A stretch of DNA of 48,548 nucleotides from an uncultured Methanosarcinales archaeon (GCA_964404595.1 CAYOKQ010000001.1:22618-71165), one strand, 5' to 3'. Positions 1-8,230 are shown, counted from the stretch's first letter. Made by a program: numbers and translations. The notes: generated by a model from the sequence alone, not told the origin.

Positions 1-1166
1 ACAATTCCCAATATAAAAAGAAAAATAAGCAAGACTCCTATCAGAAAGTGTGCAGGCAAAGAATATTCAGGCACCCGATCGCCTAATCTTTTCGCCTTCC
101 AATATATAAGCATGATCAGAATCCCGTCTAATCCACCTGCAATTGCCCCAGTGATGCCCAATGCAGCGATAAAAGTGGTTAAGTTGAACAGCAGAATTAT
201 TAAGGGAATGGCAAAGGTCAGGAGCATGGCGATAGAACGCGATAGGGCATAATCGTATTCATACACCTGCGTGAGAGCGGTGCCAAGGGTAAGAAACGAG
301 GTAAACATTGACAGGATTGCTAAAATATTAGCGCAGATGCCCAGCGCAGGATGTGCATAGACACTCAAAGCGACAGTGGCAATGCGTTCATTTGGCGCAA
401 GCAATTCAAACTGATTGAGTCCCACGATGCCCATGATCACAAACGTAAACACTATATATAATACGATGGGGATGCAGGTTCCGACAATGATGGCTTTTTT
501 CATCAAATGACGATCTTTTCCCAAAACTTCCTGCATTTCGGGAATAGCAGGCGAACCCATCATCGCAAAAAGAATGATACCATAAGGAAGAAAAATTTTG
601 CCAAAATCAAAGAAAGTGAAATTGGCGAAATCTATAGTTTTATATGAAAAGATACTGATAAAAATGACCACCGCAAAAAGCAGGATCATCAAAACCAATT
701 CTGCTTTTCCGGTTTCTTTGGCGCCTCTCCAGATAATGGCAATGGCAACCATAAAAAAAAGTAAACCATACCACAGGGGCTCACCTATTTTAAAAATAGC
801 ATGGAGCGTTTCTCCCTCCCCAATTAAATAAGCAGTTAAGGCACCATAAATAGAAAACAGCATGGTAAAAGTCATGATTCTCTTACCCCAAATTCCCAGG
901 TATTTTTCCGCATATCCTGTTAATTGGTGTTGTTCTTTTGTCCTAAGTACCACTTCGCCTGCAAAAAGATTAAGAAAAATAAATGCCCCCCCCAAAAGCA
1001 GGATGAGAACCAAACCAACCAGAAATCCGGCTTTGGCTACGATATAAGGTATTCCTAAAATTCCTGCACCAACTATAGTGCCGACAAGAGTGGTAACAGC
1101 GATCCAAAATGTATGTCTGGCAAAGAAATTATTCTCTAATTTAGATTCACCTCTTTTTTTCAGCAT
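1..1166 (-). CDS. amino acid permease-type multi-pass membrane transporter (N-terminal part; gene runs off the left edge)
   Basis: Absent from the ORF track because it has no stop in the window. The reverse complement from the ATG at 1166..1164 reads MLKKRGESKLENNFFARHTFWIAVTTLVGTIVGAGILGIPYIVAKAGFLVGLVLILLLGG... and stays open and hydrophobic to position 1. The TLVGxxxGxGILGxP motif is typical of Aa_trans / Trp-Tyr permease transporters. The + strand ORFs 598..831 and 862..1047 are antisense shadows. Confidence 0.75.
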   Translation of the reverse strand, partial: MLKKRGESKLENNFFARHTFWIAVTTLVGTIVGAGILGIPYIVAKAGFLVGLVLILLLGGAFIFLNLFAGEVVLRTKEQHQLTGYAEKYLGIWGKRIMTFTMLFSIYGALTAYLIGEGETLHAIFKIGEPLWYGLLFFMVAIAIIWRGAKETGKAELVLMILLFAVVIFISIFSYKTIDFANFTFFDFGKIFLPYGIILFAMMGSPAIPEMQEVLGKDRHLMKKAIIVGTCIPIVLYIVFTFVIMGIVGLNQFELLAPNERIATVALSVYAHPALGICANILAILSMFTSFLTLGTALTQVYEYDYALSRSIAMLLTFAIPLIILLFNLTTFIAALGITGAIAGGLDGILIMLIYWKAKRLGDRVPEYSLPAHFLIGVLLIFLFILGI

Positions 1167-1223
1167 AGAAAGAGAAGAGAAGGTCGGTTTATATAGTTTG
1201 CTGAGGGCTTTCTTATGCTGGTT

Positions 1224-1228
1224 AAAAA
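1224..1228 (-). terminator. T5 run directly after the tRNA 3' end (archaeal oligo-T terminator)
   Basis: The minus strand reads discriminator A, then C, then TTTTT. No CCA is encoded. Confidence 0.4.
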
Positions 1229-1229
1229 G

Positions 1230-1371
1230 TGGGGACGCCGCGATTTGAACGCGGATCTAAGGCTAGCTTCAGGGAAAATATTGTCATTGCATATGCTCAA
1301 TCTTCCATTACTGGAGGCCCCAATTTTTGGCAGTGTAGTAGAACACTTCTACCTAGTTATACTACGTCCCC
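1230..1371 (-). tRNA. tRNA-Trp (anticodon CCA) with a 46-nt intron at canonical position 37/38 and about 23 extra nt in the D-arm region
   Basis: Minus strand: acceptor GGGGACG pairs with CGTCCCC, followed by discriminator A. T arm is CCGCG-TTCAAAT-CGCGG. Anticodon stem is GGGGC/GCCTT with loop C-U-CCA-G [46-nt insert] A, matching the CUCCAGA loop of archaeal tRNA-Trp. The D loop carries A14, GG18-19 and A21 (GTAT-AACTAGGTA). Total span is 142 nt. Confidence 0.8.
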
Positions 1372-1394
1372 ACAAAGCGAATAAAAAGAGAGTG

Positions 1395-1403
1395 TTTTAT
1401 TAA
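1395..1403 (-). promoter_or_regulatory. TATA-like box (TTAATAAAA) at about -32 to -24 from the tRNA 5' end
   Basis: An A/T-rich octamer sits at the expected archaeal TATA distance upstream of G1 of the tRNA. Confidence 0.35.
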
Positions 1404-1418
1404 GGTTTCGAGAGAAAT

Positions 1419-1850
1419 TTAAGTATACCAGATGGGGCCAGAACGTAATGCTTTTTGATAATGCTGTTCTTGCTGGAGATAGTCTTTTCCCATCACTGTC
1501 GCTTCTAAGCCCAATCTCATTTTTAATTGCGCCGCAATTTCACAACAGGCAAGACCAGCTCTATTTTGTCTAATCTCAGGTAGAGGATCACCACGCCCTT
1601 TAGCTAAAGGTAATTCTGTTGATCCTAACAATAGATAGACTTCATAATGCCTCGAACCAGCAATGTTAAACCGTACATCAACTGGCTTTTTTTCCTGACT
1701 AAGGTCATGGACAAGCCAAGCCACAGAACGAGGCAAAACATCAGTTAAATATCCAGCGGCGGTATTATATACCGAAAAAGCAGTGTAACGAATATTCTCA
1801 TCAAATGGTGGATCTAAAAATATCCTCTGAACTTTTTGAAATAAAGCCAT
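1419..1850 (-). CDS. hypothetical protein (143 aa)
   Basis: Clean ORF with no overlap and normal composition. I recognise no family. The N-terminal IFLDPPF is only a superficial methyltransferase-like string. Confidence 0.55.
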   Translation of the reverse strand: MALFQKVQRIFLDPPFDENIRYTAFSVYNTAAGYLTDVLPRSVAWLVHDLSQEKKPVDVRFNIAGSRHYEVYLLLGSTELPLAKGRGDPLPEIRQNRAGLACCEIAAQLKMRLGLEATVMGKDYLQQEQHYQKALRSGPIWYT

Positions 1851-1898
1851 ATTCTTTTTATCTGTACTTGCTATCCTACTTAACTCTTGTGAAACATC

Positions 1899-2102
1899 TC
1901 ACCTTTTCGGTTCTTCCGGCACAATAATCCAGGCAATAATATAAGCAACAATCCCCAAGCCCATGGAAATAAGGGTAAAAATAACCCACAGCAGCCGCAC
2001 TACTACCGGGTCAATATTGGTATAATTGGCTATGCCCGCGCACACTCCACCAAATACTTTATCGTGCCGGCTGCGGTATAAGCGCTTGACTATTTTGGAC
2101 AT
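1899..2102 (-). CDS. PspC-domain membrane protein
   Basis: RLYRSRHDKVFGGVCAGIANYTNIDPVVVRLLWVI followed by a TM helix is the classic PspC domain signature. Confidence 0.85.
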   Translation of the reverse strand: MSKIVKRLYRSRHDKVFGGVCAGIANYTNIDPVVVRLLWVIFTLISMGLGIVAYIIAWIIVPEEPKR

Positions 2103-2177
2103 TTGTATTTAAAAGAAGTTAATCTATAAAAAGGTGCCGGAAGCTTTAAATATATAATAATATCTTAAAGTATTATT

Positions 2178-3062
2178 ATGAGAAAATTAAACTATAGCGT
2201 GGATATAGCTCATCTGGGCAGGATTAAAGCCCAGATAGTTCCTACTTTGTTTACAAATCACCAGTTTAATCTTATAGAAAAGAAGTTTCAGAATAAGAAG
2301 ATGACCCCTTCCGAAAAAAATGAATTTTCCCGTACCATCTCTGCGAAAATGAGAGCCATCCATGCGCTCATGGAAAAAGAAGACATATTCATATATGGTA
2401 AAGAAAAAATACGAAAAGATAGATTACAGCCAGCTAGGAAATATATACGCCGATTTTCTCGAATTTTCAGGAACAAGCATATTTTCATTACCGGAAGTTT
2501 CCTGTACCAAGAAAAATATAATGATATTGATATTTTTGTTATCAGCAAATATGATAAAAAAGACTATCAAGAAGGAAGGTTCCACATCAATTACCTTTCT
2601 GAAGAAGTATATGGCTCCCTCTTTTTTAGAAGTGCATCAAAATTATGCCTTTCCAATAAAAAGATAGAGTTGCATGAACTTAAAGAAAGCTTAAACCAAG
2701 ATACTTTTATTTCATTATATCAAGAGCTACGCAATGACCTCAACACCAAATTTCCTGGGATAAAAAAAACTTTGCGTGAATTTATTCTCCAAGCAGCATA
2801 TTTTTCCAATCTTCCTCTTCTTGCATCTGATGAATTGGCAGGGCAAATAAAAGCAATTTTAAGAACTAAAGAACCCTCCAAAATAATCCAGAAGATTTTT
2901 GTTCAGGCAATGCTCTTTGGTTTTCCATACAAAAGAACTATAGAAGATATGAAAGGTATGATTTCATCTTATAAGGAAATACTACAAGAATATCCACAAC
3001 ACCAGAAATATTACCTTGATTTGATTGATGGATTTCAAGAGGTGATCGTACTTGCAAGCTGA
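2178..3062 (+). CDS. predicted nucleotidyltransferase (Pol beta superfamily)
   Basis: The motif hG[GS]x(9-13)DhD is present as ITGSFLYQEKYNDIDIFV. The gene overlaps the next gene by 11 nt. Confidence 0.55.
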   Translation: MRKLNYSVDIAHLGRIKAQIVPTLFTNHQFNLIEKKFQNKKMTPSEKNEFSRTISAKMRAIHALMEKEDIFIYGKEKIRKDRLQPARKYIRRFSRIFRNKHIFITGSFLYQEKYNDIDIFVISKYDKKDYQEGRFHINYLSEEVYGSLFFRSASKLCLSNKKIELHELKESLNQDTFISLYQELRNDLNTKFPGIKKTLREFILQAAYFSNLPLLASDELAGQIKAILRTKEPSKIIQKIFVQAMLFGFPYKRTIEDMKGMISSYKEILQEYPQHQKYYLDLIDGFQEVIVLAS

Positions 3063-3372
3063 TGAATTCAAACAGGAAGTTGAGCAGATAGTAGGTAACA
3101 CTATTCAATTTGATGGACATATAACCCAAATAGTAAAAAATATTCCGGAAGAGAAACAACAGCAGTTGCTGCGATGGATACAAGATTGTAAAGCTGGAAC
3201 CGCCATACCAGAACCTTGCAAAAAATTTCGCCATATTGTTGCCTTTATCTACAAATCTAATGATAATATGATTCGTGGAATCCTGACTAAAGAGAAAAAT
3301 GCCTATTTTATTGAATTATTTTTGGATAAGCATAAATATTATGATAGAAAACGAAGGTATTTGGGATTATGA
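3052..3372 (+). CDS. hypothetical small protein (106 aa), coupled between the nucleotidyltransferase gene and rtcA
   Basis: The ORF overlaps the upstream gene, and its stop shares an ATGA with the rtcA start at 3369. No family recognised. Confidence 0.5.
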   Translation: MQADEFKQEVEQIVGNTIQFDGHITQIVKNIPEEKQQQLLRWIQDCKAGTAIPEPCKKFRHIVAFIYKSNDNMIRGILTKEKNAYFIELFLDKHKYYDRKRRYLGL

Positions 3373-4475
3373 TTCAACTTGATGGCAATTATGGTGAAGG
3401 CGGCGGAGCTTTAGTTCGAACGGCACTGGCACTATCTGCACTTACAGGTCAAGATTTTTCCATCAGTAATATTCGTGCAGGAAGAGCAGAGAGCGGATTA
3501 AAAGCGCAGCATCTTCATGCCATCAAAGCTCTTGCCAAAATATGCAATGCTCAAACCAATGAGATAGAGATAGGCTCCACCGAATTACAGTTTAAACCAG
3601 GAACATTAAAAGGAGGAGTATTTGAAATAGATATCGGCACTGCCGGCAGCATTACTTTATTATTACAGGCTTTATTATTGCCTTGTTTATTTGCCCCACG
3701 TGCTGTCACTATCAAAATTAAAGGGGGAACGTGCGGTAAATGGCAGGCGAGTGTAGATTATCTGCAGAATTTATTAATTCCCCACCTGCTGCGATTTGTC
3801 GAGAAGATAGAAGTTAAGATTCTAAGGCGCGGATATTATCCCAAAGGTGGCGGCGAGGTGGAAATCAAAATAAAGCCGCGGTTTATGCTCAATGATAATT
3901 TTGAGGGGTGGTGGCAAAATATGCAGAGTAAGTGTGCCAAAATTATGATAACAGAACAGGGAAAGGTGGAACAGGTAAAAGGCATTATCAACCTATCCCG
4001 GGAATTAGAGGAAAAAAATGTTGCCCAAAGAATACGGCATACGGCCGGTGATACGCTGCGTTCTTTACAAGTGCCCGTTAACATTCGAATCGAACACACA
4101 CAAGCATTAAGTATGGGTGGTGATTTCCTCTTATGGGCAGTATGCAGCCAACATGGCAAGGTAGATTTTGATAATCCGGTATTGCTTGGAAGTGATGCCT
4201 TACTCGAACCAGGAAAGAGATCGGAAGATGTGGGCAAAGAAGCGGCGCAGAGATTAATATATGAGCTTCAGTCAGGTGCCGCAGCCGATTGCCATTTAGC
4301 CGACCAGCTCATTATGTTTATGGGATTATTACCAGGATCAGAAATAAAGACCAGTGAGATAACCAATCATGCGTTGACGAATATGTATGTTGTCGAGCAA
4401 TTCTTGCCGGTGAAGTTTGAGGTGGAAGGGAATCGCGTAGCAGTCAAAAGAATAAATGAGCCTGAAAATTTATAA
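3369..4475 (+). CDS. rtcA: RNA 3'-terminal phosphate cyclase
   Basis: LDGNYGEGGGALVRTALALSALTGQDFSISNIRAGRAESGLKAQHLHAIKAL matches the RtcA N-terminal signature, including the QH(L) with the adenylylated His. Length is typical at 368 aa. Confidence 0.9.
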   Translation: MIQLDGNYGEGGGALVRTALALSALTGQDFSISNIRAGRAESGLKAQHLHAIKALAKICNAQTNEIEIGSTELQFKPGTLKGGVFEIDIGTAGSITLLLQALLLPCLFAPRAVTIKIKGGTCGKWQASVDYLQNLLIPHLLRFVEKIEVKILRRGYYPKGGGEVEIKIKPRFMLNDNFEGWWQNMQSKCAKIMITEQGKVEQVKGIINLSRELEEKNVAQRIRHTAGDTLRSLQVPVNIRIEHTQALSMGGDFLLWAVCSQHGKVDFDNPVLLGSDALLEPGKRSEDVGKEAAQRLIYELQSGAAADCHLADQLIMFMGLLPGSEIKTSEITNHALTNMYVVEQFLPVKFEVEGNRVAVKRINEPENL

Positions 4476-4498
4476 AGAAAGGTATATTCTATCGGTAT

Positions 4499-4744
4499 AT
4501 GATAGAAAAAGAATTTTTAACCAGAATTATAACTGACCCTCAAATCTTAGCTGGTAAGCCGATTATTCGAGGAACCAGAATACCGGTTGAGCTTATTCTT
4601 AAAAAATTAGGCCAAAATATAAATGTACAAGAGATTCTGGAAGATTTTCCACGATTAACCTCTGAAGATGTTAAAGCAGCAATATTATATGCCGAGTCGC
4701 TAGTGGAAGAAAATGAGGTTTATCCCATCACAGCTACTGTCTAA
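4499..4744 (+). CDS. DUF433-family antitoxin-like protein
   Basis: ITDPQILAGKPIIRGTRIPVELIL is the DUF433 core. It lies directly upstream of a DUF5615 gene. Confidence 0.75.
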   Translation: MIEKEFLTRIITDPQILAGKPIIRGTRIPVELILKKLGQNINVQEILEDFPRLTSEDVKAAILYAESLVEENEVYPITATV

Positions 4745-4746
4745 GC

Positions 4747-5106
4747 ATGGAAAAAATCAGTTTCTTGGTAGATGAGAATGTTGAATTTTCTGTAGTTAAA
4801 TATCTTCGTGCAAAAAAATTTGATGTCTTTTCCATTGCAGAAACAGTTCCTTCCTTGGATGATACTTCTATCTTGAAGCTGGCAACTACACAGAAGAGGA
4901 TTATAATTACCAGCGATAAAGATTTTGGTAATTTGATATTTAAGATTAAATTGTCCTCGGCAGGAATAATTCTGTTCAGAATGGATGACCAATCAGCACG
5001 CAGAAAAATAGAAATAATTGATGTTTTACTGCAGGAATATCTGGGAAAGATTTCAGGAAATTTTCTGGTAATTTCTGATTCAAAGATAAGGATAAGGAAA
5101 ATATGA
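4747..5106 (+). CDS. DUF5615 / Mut7-C PIN-like putative toxin
   Basis: The N-terminus FLVDENVEFSVVKYLRAKKFDV and the later ITSDKDF are typical of DUF5615 partners of DUF433. The gap to the upstream gene is 2 nt. Confidence 0.7.
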   Translation: MEKISFLVDENVEFSVVKYLRAKKFDVFSIAETVPSLDDTSILKLATTQKRIIITSDKDFGNLIFKIKLSSAGIILFRMDDQSARRKIEIIDVLLQEYLGKISGNFLVISDSKIRIRKI

Positions 5107-5107
5107 A

Positions 5108-5596
5108 ATGCTGCATTACAACCAATTAGTAAAAGATAACTCTGTTCTTGACTCATTCAATACTTTAGCCATGCCGCAAATCTATTTTGCCTCCAGTATC
5201 AAGGATTTTGCAGAAAGCAGAAGAGAGATAAAACCAACCAGCCTGCTCTCAGAAGTCTTGTTTGATATCCGCTCTTTCCAGAAAACATATACTAGGGGGA
5301 AAGCACTGGTAATGATCCCCTGCGTGCGATATCATGGAAGCTTTTGGAACATCGTGGGATTGGAAGATGTAACTCATAGGATAAGCACGAGCATCTTTTT
5401 TCCAGAAGCATTCAACCAAGGTATAGAAAAAGAACAGATCCAGCCAGGAGAAACAGTATCCGCAGGCATTCTCTATGATACAAAAATAGATTTTCCGTAT
5501 CTCTTGTTTCTTACTAAGACAACCTTTCCAAGGTCACCTCGTTTTGCTGTTGAAAAATGGGCTTCTCTAGCTGAATTAATATTCTCACCAGGATAA
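5108..5596 (+). CDS. hypothetical protein (162 aa)
   Basis: ORF only. It starts 1 nt after the preceding stop. No motif recognised. Confidence 0.4.
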   Translation: MLHYNQLVKDNSVLDSFNTLAMPQIYFASSIKDFAESRREIKPTSLLSEVLFDIRSFQKTYTRGKALVMIPCVRYHGSFWNIVGLEDVTHRISTSIFFPEAFNQGIEKEQIQPGETVSAGILYDTKIDFPYLLFLTKTTFPRSPRFAVEKWASLAELIFSPG

Positions 5597-6457
5597 CTAT
5601 TTAATTTTATTCGCCTTAACCAATATTTCCTCCACCATCCCCTTCACCCACTCCATATTCCCATCATCCGTAATTACCACCTCAAATTCCTGCATATATT
5701 TCTCCAGCATCTTTTCTTTATCCTCATTGAGGAATCCGATGCGGATGATGATATCGTGGTCAATCCCTTCGCTCATGCCCAAATCCCCCAAGCTGTCGCC
5801 AAGCAGCAGCACATTTTTTCGCTGGGCAATCTCTTTATAGTAAGGGGTCTTCTTCACTTCTATTTCATTTTTATTGAAGGTGTGGATAAAAATACTATTT
5901 TTCTTTCCAATAACCCTTCCCTCTTGATCAAAAATATAGAAATTAGAGAGCAGATGAACATTGGGAGTGAGCCTGCCAGCCGACAGAAGTAATCCTTTGA
6001 TAATGTCTCCAAGCCCTGCTGAAAAAATGAGTGCAGGAATATGGTGCTGTGAAAGGACATCTAAAAATTCCAGTGCTCCTTTTCTAAATTGAATCTTGCC
6101 TTTTGCTACAATATCCTCGACGACTTCTTTGTTCATGCCGCATTCCTTCATCAATTCGAAATGTTCTGTCCACCACTGCACCATTTTTTCATTTCTTTCC
6201 TGTACTGAGATGGTGCTGGAAATTTCATAAGGATGATATTTATCAAATAAAGCATGAGCACGACCAGGATAATCTGAAGTTAAATATTGCCCATCCCGAA
6301 CCAGCGCATACGAAGATACAAATTTCGTTCCATCAACAAAGGCTTTAGTTAAAGTACGATCAAAATCAGAAACGACATGAAATGGGTGTGCCTTAAAAAG
6401 AGCTATTTTTTTGTTCAGGGCGTCTTTGTTTTTAATATGAATATTGTTGGTGATCAT
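5597..6457 (-). CDS. pyrimidine 5'-nucleotidase, eukaryotic UMPH-1/NT5C3 type (HAD superfamily)
   Basis: HAD motif I is VVSDFDRTLT. Collinear blocks recalled from human NT5C3 are also present: IPALIFSAGLGDII, PNVHLLSNF, IHTFNKN, LLLGDSLGDLGMSEG, IGFLNEDKEKMLEKYM. Confidence 0.85.
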   Translation of the reverse strand: MITNNIHIKNKDALNKKIALFKAHPFHVVSDFDRTLTKAFVDGTKFVSSYALVRDGQYLTSDYPGRAHALFDKYHPYEISSTISVQERNEKMVQWWTEHFELMKECGMNKEVVEDIVAKGKIQFRKGALEFLDVLSQHHIPALIFSAGLGDIIKGLLLSAGRLTPNVHLLSNFYIFDQEGRVIGKKNSIFIHTFNKNEIEVKKTPYYKEIAQRKNVLLLGDSLGDLGMSEGIDHDIIIRIGFLNEDKEKMLEKYMQEFEVVITDDGNMEWVKGMVEEILVKANKIK

Positions 6458-6509
6458 CTATCGTAAGAATCGCAAACATTTATAAATAAATCCCTGTTTT
6501 TGTAAATCC

Positions 6510-6680
6510 ATGACTGACTTATCATGCATTTCCTGTAAGAAAAAAGTAGTAAATGATCAGGGAAATACCCAATTCTTATGCCCCCAATGCTCTAAATACC
6601 GTTTAGTACGCTGTACGAACTGCCGAGCTAAAGCAGCTAAATATTCCTGCCCAGAATGCGGATTTACCGGGCCTAACTGA
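6510..6680 (+). CDS. small Zn-ribbon protein (56 aa), of the type usually found upstream of aEF-1beta
   Basis: Not in the ORF track (<60 aa). It reads MTDLSCISCKKKVVNDQGNTQFLCPQCSKYRLVRCTNCRAKAAKYSCPECGFTGPN and has four CxxC pairs. It ends 5 nt before the EF-1beta start, matching the conserved archaeal gene pair. Confidence 0.75.
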   Translation: MTDLSCISCKKKVVNDQGNTQFLCPQCSKYRLVRCTNCRAKAAKYSCPECGFTGPN

Positions 6681-6685
6681 ATTCT

Positions 6686-6964
6686 ATGGCAAAAGCAATC
6701 ATTACATTTAAATTGATGCCAGAATCGCCGGACGTAAATTTGGAGCTGGTGAAAGTCAAGGCACAGCAAGTCGTAATAGCTGAAGGGGCCATCGGGCAAA
6801 CGCAGGTGAAAGAAGAACCCATTGCTTTTGGCCTGAAAGCAGTTCTGGTGCTGGCAATGTATAATGTTGACAATTCTGATTTTGATGCTATTGCTGCAAA
6901 GATGGAAAGTATTCCGGGAGTGCAAAGTGCACAAGTGGCCAAGATGGATTTGGCGCTGGGATAG
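6686..6964 (+). CDS. ef1b: translation elongation factor aEF-1 beta
   Basis: At 92 aa, MAKAIITFKLMPESPDVNLELVKVKAQ ... EEPIAFGLKAVLV ... IPGVQSAQV is the typical archaeal EF-1beta pattern. Confidence 0.9.
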   Translation: MAKAIITFKLMPESPDVNLELVKVKAQQVVIAEGAIGQTQVKEEPIAFGLKAVLVLAMYNVDNSDFDAIAAKMESIPGVQSAQVAKMDLALG

Positions 6965-7284
6965 GGTGATTCAATTATTTTTTTGCTGTTTTCCACATCA
7001 TCTGGAAATATTCTAAAAAACTCTGGGCAATTTCAGCCGATTTAATATAAATGCAGTTTCTTTGGCGCTTTAACTGCAGCCTATACTGGAGCGAGAATAG
7101 CAATGCAATATGCTCTGCAAAAAAATGAAGTAGACCCAGTCACAGCCTCAACCATAACTCAAGTTGGCCTTACCGGATTCTTTACTGGAATAATGCCCGT
7201 GCTTCGATACGGGATGAGAAATTTATGGTCTTTTTAACTTTTATTCAAGACAACCTTTTTATAATCCCTTCCATTTAGGAGGAT

Positions 7285-7746
7285 ATGAAACTCAGCAGCA
7301 CCTTCGCACACAATGGAAAAATTCCATCAAAATATACTTGTGACGGCGAGAATATCAATCCTGCTTTAAAAATAGAACAAGTTCCTGCTAATGCCAAAAG
7401 CCTCGTTCTGATTATGGACGATCCCGATATTCCCAATTTTGTGAAGGAAAAATATCACATTGAGGTTTGGGATCATTGGATTGTATTTAACATTCCTCCG
7501 AGCACCACCGAAGTAGGTGAAGGCGCAAGCCCACCGGGTGTTATGGGAAAGAATACCAGCAGTAAAAATACCTACGGCGGACCTTGCCCACCAGATAAAG
7601 AGCATCGGTATTTTTTCAAATTGTATGCGCTAGACACTACATTAAATTTACCGGAAGGATCAACCAAGAAGCAAGTAGAAGAAGCTATACACGGGCACAT
7701 CCTGGAAAAGGCAGAGTTGGTCGGAAGATATCAAAAGCAAGTGTAG
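7285..7746 (+). CDS. YbhB/YbcL-family PEBP (Raf kinase inhibitor-like) protein
   Basis: Family signatures present: IPSKYTCDGENINPAL, LIMDDPDIP, WDHWIVFNIP, YGGPCPPDKEHRYFFKLYALD. Confidence 0.9.
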   Translation: MKLSSTFAHNGKIPSKYTCDGENINPALKIEQVPANAKSLVLIMDDPDIPNFVKEKYHIEVWDHWIVFNIPPSTTEVGEGASPPGVMGKNTSSKNTYGGPCPPDKEHRYFFKLYALDTTLNLPEGSTKKQVEEAIHGHILEKAELVGRYQKQV

Positions 7747-7815
7747 TATATGGATTTATTTGCTGTTAAATGCTGAGCGAATCTCAATCATTAAGAAAAA
7801 ATAAGGTAGAATCTA

Positions 7816-8172
7816 TTAATCAATTCTCTGCAAACCAATATTTCTACCAAGAACCAAATTTACTAACTTATCGATTCCTTCAACATCGTCTCTAAATTCA
7901 ACAGCAACACTACCTTTACCCCAGTAAATTTGATTGTAAGGATTTATTCCCATCGATGTTAGATCAAAAGAATCTTTATTTCTCCAGACCGGTTGATTAT
8001 CTACTACAACTTGTCTTATTGCTTCATAGGGAATATTGACACATAAATGCTTCAGTGGTAAACATTCTCGAAGTTCTGCTTGAGACATATCGGGCTTAGG
8101 TACTAAATCATTCATAGGTTGGTACAAAAATACACCACCTGTAATTGCACGACCGCCTGTGATAATGCCCAT
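7816..8172 (-). CDS. hypothetical protein (118 aa)
   Basis: ORF only. No recognised motif. Confidence 0.4.
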   Translation of the reverse strand: MGIITGGRAITGGVFLYQPMNDLVPKPDMSQAELRECLPLKHLCVNIPYEAIRQVVVDNQPVWRNKDSFDLTSMGINPYNQIYWGKGSVAVEFRDDVEGIDKLVNLVLGRNIGLQRID

Positions 8173-8230
8173 ATTTTGTCCTTCAATTTTTATATATTTA
8201 TCCGACCTTTACCAATTTAGCTTTTTACAA

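Noticed and set aside
598-1047. + strand ORFs 598..831 and 862..1047 from the ORF track
   Set aside because: They lie antisense inside a long, continuously open, hydrophobic minus-strand reading frame (the permease, 1..1166). Their translations are low-complexity.
1266-1311. Possible box C/D sRNA inside the tRNA-Trp intron, as known for some euryarchaeal tRNA-Trp introns
   Set aside because: A CUGA (D-like) and an AUGACAA (weak C'-like) are present. The spacers are far shorter than the ~12 nt a guide needs, and there is no good RUGAUGA C box. The 46-nt intron is too short for a two-guide sRNA.
1215-1403. + strand ORF of 62 aa
   Set aside because: It is the antisense strand of the tRNA-Trp gene.
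1419-1850. IFLDPPF near the N-terminus resembling the DPPY/F motif IV of DNA amino-methyltransferases
   Set aside because: The protein is only 143 aa, the motif sits at residues ~11-17 and there is no SAM-binding GxG motif. I treat it as coincidental.
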